Below, in pieces: positions 19,468 to 27,586 of a stretch of DNA of 64,000 nt. The notes under the pieces were generated by a model, which saw nothing but the letters and a program-made list of their open reading frames with translations, was not told the DNA's origin and ran no database searches. The translations under genes and the position numbers were made by a program. Origin of the DNA: Acidimicrobiales bacterium (GTDB taxonomy: Bacteria; Actinomycetota; Acidimicrobiia; Acidimicrobiales; Aldehydirespiratoraceae); assembly GCA_022425325.1 (NCBI GenBank), contig JAKMFW010000100.1:1-64000 (forward strand), read 5' to 3'. Within the stretch, counting starts at the first letter, position 1. The number at the start of each line of letters is the position of its first letter.

Positions 19468-20603
19468 TGGATCTCGATCTCTCGCCTCAGTACGTCGCCT
19501 TCCGCGACGAGTGCCGCCAGTGGCTGTCCGACAATCACCCTGGCCGTATCGCGTCGATGGACACGGCCGTCGGCTTCGAGGAACACCGTGCATGGGAGAA
19601 GGTCCTCTTCGACGCCGGCTGGTCGGTACCGGCCTGGCCTTCGGTGTATGGCGGCCGCGACTGCGACCTGATCGAGTGGCTGATCTACGAAGAGGAGTAC
19701 TGGCTGTCGGGCGTGCCCGGTCGGGTCAGCGCCAACGGCGTCAGCCTGCTCGCGCCCACGATCTTCAACTTCGGCACCCAGGAACAGCAGGATTTCTTCC
19801 TGCCTCGGATGGCGAGTGGTGAACACATCTGGGCCCAGGGCTGGAGTGAGCCCGAAGCGGGTTCCGACCTCGCCGGCATCAAAACCAAGGCGATCCTCGA
19901 CGGCGACGACTTCATCCTCAACGGACAGAAGACCTGGTGCTCCCGTGGTGCCTTCGCCGACTGGATCTTCTGCATCGTGCGCACCGACCCTGAGGCCGAG
20001 CGCCACCAGGGACTCACCTATCTCCTTGTGCCCGCCGAGACGCCCGGGATGGAACGGCGCCCGATCGGCCGCCTCGACGGCGAGCCGGGCTTCGCCGAAC
20101 TCTTCTTCGACGACGCCCGGGTGAGCGCCGAACACGTGCTCGGTGGTGTCGGCCAGGGGTGGGCCGTCGCGATGGCCGCCGCCGGCTCCGAACGAGGCCT
20201 CAGCCTGCGCAGCCCCGGCCGGTTCATGGCGGCTGCGGAACGCCTTCGGGCGCTGGCCGCCGACGTCACCGAACTTGACCCTCGCCTGCGAGACGAAGTG
20301 GTCGACGCATGGATCAAGGCGCAGGCCTATCGATGGAACACCTACCAGATGGCCGCCGATCTCATGGAGGGCGCCGAGATCGGCCCCGAGGCGAGCGAGG
20401 GCAAGGTCTTCTGGTCCGAACTCGACCTCGAACTCCATGCCACGGCCCTCCGGCTGATGGGGCCGATGGGCGAAGTGGCCGATGCCGGAAACGACTGGCT
20501 CGACGGTTACGTCTTCGCCCTGTCGGGCCCGATCTACGCCGGCACCAACGAGATCCAGCGCAACATCGTCGCCGAGCGGGTGCTCGGCCTTCCGAGGCGG
20601 TGA
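19467..20603 (+). CDS. Acyl-CoA dehydrogenase (first subunit of a probable heteromeric ACAD)
   Basis: It has the ACAD fold. At the C-terminus YAGTNEIQRNIVAERVLGL replaces the usual YEGT, so the position of the catalytic base is altered. Its ATG overlaps the upstream TGA. Confidence 0.8.
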   Translation: MDLDLSPQYVAFRDECRQWLSDNHPGRIASMDTAVGFEEHRAWEKVLFDAGWSVPAWPSVYGGRDCDLIEWLIYEEEYWLSGVPGRVSANGVSLLAPTIFNFGTQEQQDFFLPRMASGEHIWAQGWSEPEAGSDLAGIKTKAILDGDDFILNGQKTWCSRGAFADWIFCIVRTDPEAERHQGLTYLLVPAETPGMERRPIGRLDGEPGFAELFFDDARVSAEHVLGGVGQGWAVAMAAAGSERGLSLRSPGRFMAAAERLRALAADVTELDPRLRDEVVDAWIKAQAYRWNTYQMAADLMEGAEIGPEASEGKVFWSELDLELHATALRLMGPMGEVADAGNDWLDGYVFALSGPIYAGTNEIQRNIVAERVLGLPRR

Positions 20604-20607
20604 CGAC

Positions 20608-21585
20608 ATGAAGTTCAGCTTCACTGACGAACAGGACATGTTCCGCGACACGGTTCGCGAACTCTTCGCCGACCGATGCCCACCCGACGCGGTACGTCAG
20701 AGCTGGGACAACGACGACGGTCGAGTCCCCGGCCTGTGGGCGGCGCTCGCCGAGATGGGTGTGCTCGCCGTGCTGGCGCCCGAGGCCGCAGGTGGCCTCG
20801 GCATGAACGAGGTCGACCTCGTCCGGATCCTCGAAGAGGCCGGCTACGCAGGTGTTCCCGAGCCGCTCGTCGAACACGTTGCCGTTGCCGTCCCCGCACT
20901 GGCCGAAGCAGGTCACGCTGCCCTGGAGGCGGCAATCGCCGGCGACTCGACCATCACTCTGAACCTTTCGGGTGAGGTCATCGTCGGCGCGGCCGCCGAC
21001 GCCGTGGTTCACCGAACCGGCGACACGCTCCAGCTCGTCACCGAGTGGCAGGCCGATGAGGCGACGTCGATCGATCAGTCCCGCCGTCTCGGCGTGCTCA
21101 CCGAAATCACCGCTGCCGATCCGCTTGACGGCGCCGACCCCGAACTCGCCTTCGATCGAGCGGCGCTCGGCACGGCCGCCCAGTGCATCGGCGTGGCCCG
21201 TCGCCTCCTCGAGGCCACGGTCGAGTACGTCGGCGAGCGACATCAGTTCGGCAAACCGGTCGGTTCGTACCAGGCGGTCAAGCACCATCTCGCCAACGTG
21301 AAGATCGCCCTCGACTTTGCGGCCCCGCTCGTCTATCGAGCGGCCTGGTCGGTTGCCCACGTTGACGATCCGGTCGCCCGTGGCCGCGACGTGTCGATGG
21401 CGAAGGCACAGGCGTCGGAGGCGGTCGATCTTGCTGCTCGCCAGGCACTGCAATGTCATGGCGCTATCGGTTACACGTTCGAGTACGACCTCCAGCTGTG
21501 GCTGAAACGAGCGTGGACCCTTGCCGCCGCCCACGGCGACGTGCGGTTCCACCGTGATCGCGTCGCTGCCGCCATCGGTGTCTGA
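20608..21585 (+). CDS. Acyl-CoA dehydrogenase-like protein (second subunit)
   Basis: The start was moved to MKFSFTDEQDMFRDTV, a typical ACAD N-terminus. It has the C-terminal ACAD helices (QCHGAIGYTFEYDLQLWLKRAW) and lies 5 nt after the upstream ACAD. Confidence 0.7.
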   Translation: MKFSFTDEQDMFRDTVRELFADRCPPDAVRQSWDNDDGRVPGLWAALAEMGVLAVLAPEAAGGLGMNEVDLVRILEEAGYAGVPEPLVEHVAVAVPALAEAGHAALEAAIAGDSTITLNLSGEVIVGAAADAVVHRTGDTLQLVTEWQADEATSIDQSRRLGVLTEITAADPLDGADPELAFDRAALGTAAQCIGVARRLLEATVEYVGERHQFGKPVGSYQAVKHHLANVKIALDFAAPLVYRAAWSVAHVDDPVARGRDVSMAKAQASEAVDLAARQALQCHGAIGYTFEYDLQLWLKRAWTLAAAHGDVRFHRDRVAAAIGV

Positions 21586-21692
21586 GTTCGAACGGCTGAG
21601 TTGTGCCGTCAGATGATTCGACGCTTTCTCGCCACGAGCGAGCGCAGCGACAGCTGTCGCAAAGCCGCCAGACGACTGCCTAACCTGCCGAA

Positions 21693-22451
21693 GTGTCCGA
21701 GCAACCACTGGTCGTGATCGTGATGGCCATGGAGGCCGAGGCTGCGCCGCTTCGGGCCTCCCTCGGCGCAGCACCTGCGGTGTCACCAGACTGGGCTTCT
21801 TCGCTGCCCGTTCGTCTCGCTGTCGCCGATCATGCGGGTGTCGACGTTGTTTTGGTCACCAACGGCACCGACCCTCGCACCGGCGTCGACTGCATTGGCT
21901 CGACGGCAGCGGCCCTTGCGACACAAGTTGCCCTTGATCACACCCGAACCGGCCTTGGGCGTCGACCCGATCTCATATTGACCGTCGGCACCGCCGGTGG
22001 GTGGAACCGGGTCGGAGCGTCGATCGGCGACGTCTACCTCGCCTGGGATCGTTTCGTATGTCACGACCGCCGCATCGATCTTCCCGGCTTTGACGCCCTC
22101 GGCCGAGCCGACCTCCCCGCCGCCGACCTGCGAGGTCACGCCGACGCTCTCGGTTGTCGGCTCGGGGTTGTCACAACCGGCGACAGCCTCGATGAGTCGC
22201 CGGAGGACGCAGCGCGAATCCTGGCCTCGGGTGCCGAGGTGAAAGAGATGGAGGCGGCCGCCGTCGCCTGGATCGGTTCGCTGCATGACGTGCCGGTCGG
22301 TGCCGTGAAGGCCATCACGGACCTGGTCGACTCGCCGGTCGCCACGGCCGAACAGTTCAGCGCCAATCTGGCGACGGCTGCTGATGCATTGCAGCGCACC
22401 ACGCTGGCCCTGCTCGCCCGTCTCGGCGAAGAGATCGGCGCCGACGTCTGA
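21693..22451 (+). CDS. Nucleosidase of the PNP/MTAN family (MTA/SAH nucleosidase or futalosine hydrolase-like)
   Basis: The N-terminus VVIVMAMEAEAAPL and the GxAGG region (VGTAGGW) are typical of PNP_UDP_1 nucleosidases. Confidence 0.6.
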   Translation: MSEQPLVVIVMAMEAEAAPLRASLGAAPAVSPDWASSLPVRLAVADHAGVDVVLVTNGTDPRTGVDCIGSTAAALATQVALDHTRTGLGRRPDLILTVGTAGGWNRVGASIGDVYLAWDRFVCHDRRIDLPGFDALGRADLPAADLRGHADALGCRLGVVTTGDSLDESPEDAARILASGAEVKEMEAAAVAWIGSLHDVPVGAVKAITDLVDSPVATAEQFSANLATAADALQRTTLALLARLGEEIGADV

Positions 22452-23056
22452 TGGCCAGTGACGACGCCCTCGCCGACGAGCTCCGGTCGCTCGCCCGGAC
22501 CCTCCATGAGACGGTGACCGATGACGAGCGTCGAGTCACCGCCCTCGACCTGCTGCGCGAGGCCAATGCGCTGCTCGCCACCGGCGAACGGCGCCTCCGT
22601 TGGTACGAGGTCGAGACCGATGGTGACGGCCGACGGGCTCGTACCCGCGAGCTCTCGGCCTTCTCGGGAACGATCAACGCGGTCGCACCACCGATGCGGA
22701 TCGAGCAAGGGGAGCGAAACGGTTCGCCGTGCCTGCTCGGGCATGTCCGTCTTTCGCGGCTGCGTGAGGGGCCTCCCGAAAGTGTTCACGGCGGCGTGAT
22801 GGCGGGCCTGTTCGACGAACTGATGGGAGCTGCGCAGAGCCTGACCGGGCGCCCCGGTGGGGTCACCGGCCGTTTGACCATCCGCTACCGCGACCTGACG
22901 CCGCTCGATACCGACCTGGTCTTTCGATGCTGGGTCGAACGCGATCGAGGGATGCGCGTCGATATGCGAGCCGAGTGCGTGCGTGCCGACACGCTCGACG
23001 CCGATGCACCCGTCCGCACCGCCGAGGCCGAGGCGATCTTCGTGAGGCGCCAATGA
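22451..23056 (+). CDS. PaaI-like hotdog-fold thioesterase
   Basis: The HGG motif (VHGGVMAGLFDE) marks a 4HBT/PaaI fold. Its ATG overlaps the upstream stop. Confidence 0.55.
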   Translation: MASDDALADELRSLARTLHETVTDDERRVTALDLLREANALLATGERRLRWYEVETDGDGRRARTRELSAFSGTINAVAPPMRIEQGERNGSPCLLGHVRLSRLREGPPESVHGGVMAGLFDELMGAAQSLTGRPGGVTGRLTIRYRDLTPLDTDLVFRCWVERDRGMRVDMRAECVRADTLDADAPVRTAEAEAIFVRRQ

Positions 23057-23589
23057 CGGAACGCCCCATGGTCACCATGGTCTGCACCGGCAACGCCGCC
23101 CGGTCCGTGATGGCGGCGCTCTTGTTGCGCGATCGACTCGGCGACGACGGCCCGGTTGAGGTCGCCAGCGCAGGGACACTCGTGCTGCCGGGCCACCCGA
23201 TGAGCACCCGCACGCGCGCCGCGCTTGAACGGCATGGTCTCGCCGACCCTCATCACCGGTCCCGGCAGCTCGAACTCGCCGACGTGCACCGCAGCTCGTT
23301 GCTCCTCGTCATGGAGCCGTCCCACATCCACTGGATGCAGCGGCGTCTCCCGGAGGCGTTGCCGATCGCGTGTTCGTTGAAGCGGGCCGTGCAACAGCTG
23401 CCGATGGTGAGCGGTTCGACGCTCGATGAGCGAGTCGCCGCACTCGACCTCGTCTCCCACGAGTTCCAACCATGGGAGGAAGTCATCGACCCGGGTGCCG
23501 GCGAGCAACCGGTGTTCGACGCGTGCATCGACGAGCTCAGCGGGCTGATCGACGAACTCGCAGCGATGCTCACGGGCCTCGTCCAGTGA
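23053..23589 (+). CDS. Low-molecular-weight protein tyrosine phosphatase / ArsC-like
   Basis: The P-loop VCTGNAARS matches the CX5R(S) signature. I placed the start at MTERPMVTMV (ATG at 23053), which overlaps the upstream TGA. Confidence 0.75.
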   Translation: MTERPMVTMVCTGNAARSVMAALLLRDRLGDDGPVEVASAGTLVLPGHPMSTRTRAALERHGLADPHHRSRQLELADVHRSSLLLVMEPSHIHWMQRRLPEALPIACSLKRAVQQLPMVSGSTLDERVAALDLVSHEFQPWEEVIDPGAGEQPVFDACIDELSGLIDELAAMLTGLVQ

Positions 23590-24248
23590 GCACGCACCGT
23601 CGAGAGGGGTTCGTCCTCGCCGCAGCGGTCGGGATCGTGGGCGTGACCTTCGGTGTGCTCGCCGATGCCGCCGGTCTGTCGTTGGCGCAGGTTGTCGTCA
23701 TGTCGGCGCTGGTCTTCACCGGTGCATCCCAGTTCGCGGCCGTGTCGGTCGTCGATACCGGCGGCTCAGGTGTTGCTGCGGTCGGCTCGGCGCTGCTCCT
23801 GGCCGCTCGCAATGCGCTCTACGGGCCGGTCGTCGCTCGTGTTCTACCTGAAGCGTGGATTCCGAGAGCGGGCTCGGCGCAGTTCGTGATCGACGAGACA
23901 ACCGCCATGGCCTCCGTCCAGGAGACCGACGACGACGCCCGTGATGCGTTCTGGTGGACAGCGATCTGGCTGTGGTCCTTGTGGAACGTCGGATCGATCG
24001 GTGGTGCGCTTCTTGGCTCGGTGATCGGAGCGCCGGAGACGTGGGGCCTCGATGCAGCGTTCCCGGCCGCCTTCGTTGCGTTGCTTGCGCCGCATGTCCG
24101 AAAACGGCCCGGCCAGATCGCCGCTGTGGTCGGAGCTGCGCTTGCGGTTGCGTTCACGCCGATCGCACCCGCCGGTGTCCCACTTCTCGTGGCGGTACTC
24201 GCCGTGATCCCGGGCTGGCTGGTCGGGCGACGGGAGGCAGCCGCATGA
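23586..24248 (+). CDS. azlC: AzlC-family branched-chain amino acid exporter subunit
   Basis: It is a multi-TM protein with AzlC-like composition. The GTG start overlaps the upstream TGA. Confidence 0.7.
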   Translation: MSTHRREGFVLAAAVGIVGVTFGVLADAAGLSLAQVVVMSALVFTGASQFAAVSVVDTGGSGVAAVGSALLLAARNALYGPVVARVLPEAWIPRAGSAQFVIDETTAMASVQETDDDARDAFWWTAIWLWSLWNVGSIGGALLGSVIGAPETWGLDAAFPAAFVALLAPHVRKRPGQIAAVVGAALAVAFTPIAPAGVPLLVAVLAVIPGWLVGRREAAA

Positions 24249-24553
24249 GTTGGCCTGCGCTGATCGTGTTGGTCGTGGGTGCCTACGGCTTGAAGGCCTT
24301 TGGCGTGCTCGTGCTCGGGCGGCCGGACTCGACCCTCGGCGCCCGGCTCGAACCCCTGACTTCCCTGATTCCTGCTGCACTCTTCGCCGGCCTGATCGCC
24401 GTGCAGACAGTTGGTGGTGACGAGACCCTCGTGCTCGACGCCCGGGTCTGGGGTGTGGCGGCCGGCTCGGTAGCGGTATGGCGGAAGGCTCCGTTCGTGG
24501 TGGTGGTGCTCATCGCCATGGCTGTGACGGCGTTCGTCCGCTGGCAGACTTAG
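24245..24553 (+). CDS. azlD: AzlD-family small membrane protein
   Basis: It is about 102 aa with TM segments. Its ATG overlaps the azlC stop, giving the canonical AzlC-AzlD pair. Confidence 0.65.
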   Translation: MSWPALIVLVVGAYGLKAFGVLVLGRPDSTLGARLEPLTSLIPAALFAGLIAVQTVGGDETLVLDARVWGVAAGSVAVWRKAPFVVVVLIAMAVTAFVRWQT

Positions 24554-24558
24554 CGCCG

Positions 24559-25824
24559 ATGGAGTCGATCGAACAGATCCGCGTCCGTGGGGGAGGGCCG
24601 CTCGAGGGAAGCATTCCCGTCGGCGGCGCCAAGAACTCGGTCCTGAAGTTGATGGCGGCGACCCTGCTCGCGGAGGGCGCGTACCACCTGCACAACGTGC
24701 CGCGCATCACCGATGTCGACCTGATGTCGGATCTGCTGTGCGCCACCGGCTGCAGCGTCGCCCGCGATGGCACGACCTTGCGCATCGATGTTCCCGCCGA
24801 GATCGAACCAGTCGCGCCCTACGAGATCGTCGAGCAGTTCCGTGCCTCGATTGTCGTCATGGGTCCGATGCTTGCCCGCTGTGGCGAGGCTCGCGTGGCG
24901 ATGCCCGGCGGCGATGATTTCGGTCCGCGCCCGATCGACATGCACGTGCGTGGCCTGCAGGAACTCGGTGCCGAGTTCGACACGGCGCACGGCTACATCC
25001 ATGCCCGTTCGCAGAATCTGCAGGGCGCTCGCGTGCTGCTTGAGTTCCCATCGGTCGGTGCGACCGAGAACCTCGTGATGGCCGCCGTGCGGGCGAAGGG
25101 CACGACCGTCATCGACAACGCCGCTCGCGAGCCCGAGATCGCCGACCTGTGCGAGTTGCTCAACAAGATGGGCGCGCAGATCATCGGTGCTGGCTCATCG
25201 ACCATCACGATCGCTGGGGTGGACTCCCAGGACGCGCTCCACAGCGCAGATCACACCGTCATCCCCGATCGCATCGAGGCCGCCACCTATCTCTGCGCTG
25301 TCGGCATCACCGGTGGCGAGATCACCGTCGCCGGCGCCCGTCACGAACACATGTCGATGCTGTGCCAGAAGCTCGGTGAGATGGGGATGCGGATCTCGCA
25401 TGACCCCGACGGCATCTGGGCGCTCGCCCCACGGCGCATGACCTCAGCCGACTGCCAGTCCTTGCCCTATCCCGGCATTGCCACCGACTTCAAGCCGTTC
25501 CTCGTGACCTTGCTCGCCACCGCCGACGGTGTCGGCATCGTCACCGAGAACCTCTTCTCCGGCCGATTCCGCTATGTCGACGAGCTCCGCCGCATGGGTG
25601 CCGACATCCGCACCGATTCACACCACGCCGTCATCCGCGGCGTGGAGAGGCTGTCGGGTGCGCCCGTTCGCGCCCACGACATCCGCGCCGGATCAGCGCT
25701 CGTGATCGCCGGCCTCGCCGCTGACGGTGAGACGATTGTGGCCGACGCCGACCACATCGCCCGCGGCTACGACGACCTCGCCGGCAAGCTCCGCGGCATC
25801 GGCGGCGACGTCATCGCCGAATAA
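24559..25824 (+). CDS. murA: UDP-N-acetylglucosamine 1-carboxyvinyltransferase
   Basis: The MurA N-terminus (RVRGGGPLEGSIPVGGAKNSVLKLMAATLLAEG) and the catalytic Cys/Asp-region equivalents are present. I placed the start at MESIEQ (ATG at 24559). Confidence 0.9.
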   Translation: MESIEQIRVRGGGPLEGSIPVGGAKNSVLKLMAATLLAEGAYHLHNVPRITDVDLMSDLLCATGCSVARDGTTLRIDVPAEIEPVAPYEIVEQFRASIVVMGPMLARCGEARVAMPGGDDFGPRPIDMHVRGLQELGAEFDTAHGYIHARSQNLQGARVLLEFPSVGATENLVMAAVRAKGTTVIDNAAREPEIADLCELLNKMGAQIIGAGSSTITIAGVDSQDALHSADHTVIPDRIEAATYLCAVGITGGEITVAGARHEHMSMLCQKLGEMGMRISHDPDGIWALAPRRMTSADCQSLPYPGIATDFKPFLVTLLATADGVGIVTENLFSGRFRYVDELRRMGADIRTDSHHAVIRGVERLSGAPVRAHDIRAGSALVIAGLAADGETIVADADHIARGYDDLAGKLRGIGGDVIAE

Positions 25825-25857
25825 CTCCTCCGCAGGTACGGCCGTCGTCAAGTCACC

Positions 25858-27006
25858 TCAGGTGGTGAGTTGGTGCTGTTCGGGTGGTGAAGCGGCCCGG
25901 TAGGGCTGTCTTCTTCGGCGTCGCCGGGGGTCGCCTCGGTTGCCACGATGGGCGTGACCGTGGCAGGTGTGGCAGAGGAGTTCGAGGTTGGGGAGGTCGG
26001 TGCCGCCACCGTCGAGCCATTCGTGGAGGTGGTGGGCTTGGCAGCGGTCGATGGTGGCGCCGCAGCGGTTGCAGCCTCGGGTAGCGACGATCAAGGCACG
26101 CCACTGGGCTTCGGTGGCGAGCCGCTTCCGACGTCCTTGCCAGAGGGTGTGTCCGGCGCCGTCGAAGAGGTGCCCGATGACGTCGGCTGAGGGTCCGAGT
26201 TGCATGAGGACGGAGTCGGGGAGGGGTGTGCCGTCGAGCCAGGTGGCTGCTGGTTCGTCAAGGTTCCAGACGATGTGGACTTGATGCTTGGGGTGTACCG
26301 GGCCGTCCGTTGACTCTTCGCAGATCAACTCGGCCAAGGCATCGGCCCGGCGTTGGGAATGTGTGCGCACATCGTCGGGGGAGCCGTTGCGGCCGCCGTC
26401 GTCGTGCCACATGTGGTCGGTGCGTCGTCGCCACGCGGCGAGGACCTGTTCGCCGGTGGCGTTGTCGAATCGTGCGTGGATCTCGACCGAGCCGTCGCCA
26501 TGGGTCGTGTGCCAGCCCGCTCGACGGGCTCGCTGCTTCGCGTGGCGTTCTTCGGCCTCGGCCGCCGACGTGTGCTTGCCCACGAACTCGCGAGCCTTAC
26601 GTGCGAACAGATCGGCCGGCATCGCCTCGGCCGTCTTCACCAACGCCTGTGCGATCTCGGGCGTCACGTGTTCGGCCGCGTCGGCGATGATCGCCGCGTG
26701 CTCAACGTTGAGCCGCCCCTCGGCCAGCGATTCGGCCAAGGCCGGCATCTCGGCCAGCCCTCGAGCGGTGACCATGTCCTTCTTCGCTTGCCGCTCCGAG
26801 CGCCGCCCGACCGAACGGCCCACGACAGCCGAGTCGGCGCCGGCATCGCCGAGCGAATCGAGTGCGGCCTTGGCGGCCATCAACCGCTCGTCAACCCGGG
26901 ACCGGACCCGTTCGAGATCCGAGATCAGGCTGTACAGCTCGCGGCGCGACAGCGGCCGAGGATCGATCCCCTTCAACCCTTCGTGCACGCTCGCCAACTC
27001 GACCAC
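25858..27006 (-). mobile_element. HNH endonuclease with a DUF222 domain (REP13E12-like mobile gene)
   Basis: A DUF222-like N-terminal region is followed by a C-terminal HNH motif (CNRCGATIDRCQAHHLHEWLDGGGTDLPNLELLCHTCHGHAH). The gene lies between murA and the nfu-like gene on the opposite strand. Confidence 0.75.
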
Positions 27007-27015
27007 ATGGCCACG

Positions 27016-27198
27016 TTACGAAGGGGGTGAGACACTCCCGGTCGGGCCCGACTCGGGCGAGTCGACCGCTTTGGCATCAGCCAACGTCTGGGCCCGCTTG
27101 CGGGCGACGCTCAACAGCCACGCGAAGATCAGCACAGGACCGGCGACCATGAGGATCTCGTCCCACCCGCCTTGGTGGGCCAACGTGAGGCTGTTCAC
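27016..27198 (-). CDS. Small hypothetical membrane protein (60 aa) directly upstream of the HNH gene
   Basis: It has a GTG start, one TM helix (ILMVAGPVLIFAWLLSVA), GC3-rich codons, and a TAA stop 10 nt before the HNH start. Confidence 0.35.
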   Translation of the reverse strand: MNSLTLAHQGGWDEILMVAGPVLIFAWLLSVARKRAQTLADAKAVDSPESGPTGSVSPPS

Positions 27199-27254
27199 AT
27201 TGTGATCGTAGGCGTCGGGAATGTCTTTGCCGGTGTCGGCGTTGGCACCGGCAG

Positions 27255-27551
27255 ATGCCAGACTTGGGCAGTTCCCCGATCGGAGACGATGTGCTCGAAC
27301 AGGTCGAAAAAGTCATCAAGGCGATTCGTCCGGCCATCCAAGCCGACGAGGGTGACATCGAACTGGTCTCCGTCGACGAGGCGACCGGTGTCGTCACCGT
27401 CGAACTGATGGGCGCCTGCGTCACCTGCCCGGCGTCGACACAAACCCTCAAGGCCGGTATCGAGCGGATCATGAAGGATCGGGTCGAGGGCGTCACCGAG
27501 GTGCTCGAGGTCAACGCTCTCGGCATGTCGGAGAGTCCCGTCCAGCTGTAG
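27255..27551 (+). CDS. NifU-like Fe-S cluster assembly/delivery protein (Nfu C-terminal domain)
   Basis: It has the CxxC pair (GACVTCPAS) inside the conserved Nfu motif DEGDIELVSVDEATGVVTVELMGAC. Confidence 0.7.
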   Translation: MPDLGSSPIGDDVLEQVEKVIKAIRPAIQADEGDIELVSVDEATGVVTVELMGACVTCPASTQTLKAGIERIMKDRVEGVTEVLEVNALGMSESPVQL

Positions 27552-27586
27552 GCCGGGCCGAGCGAGCCCGACGACCAGCACCACGG

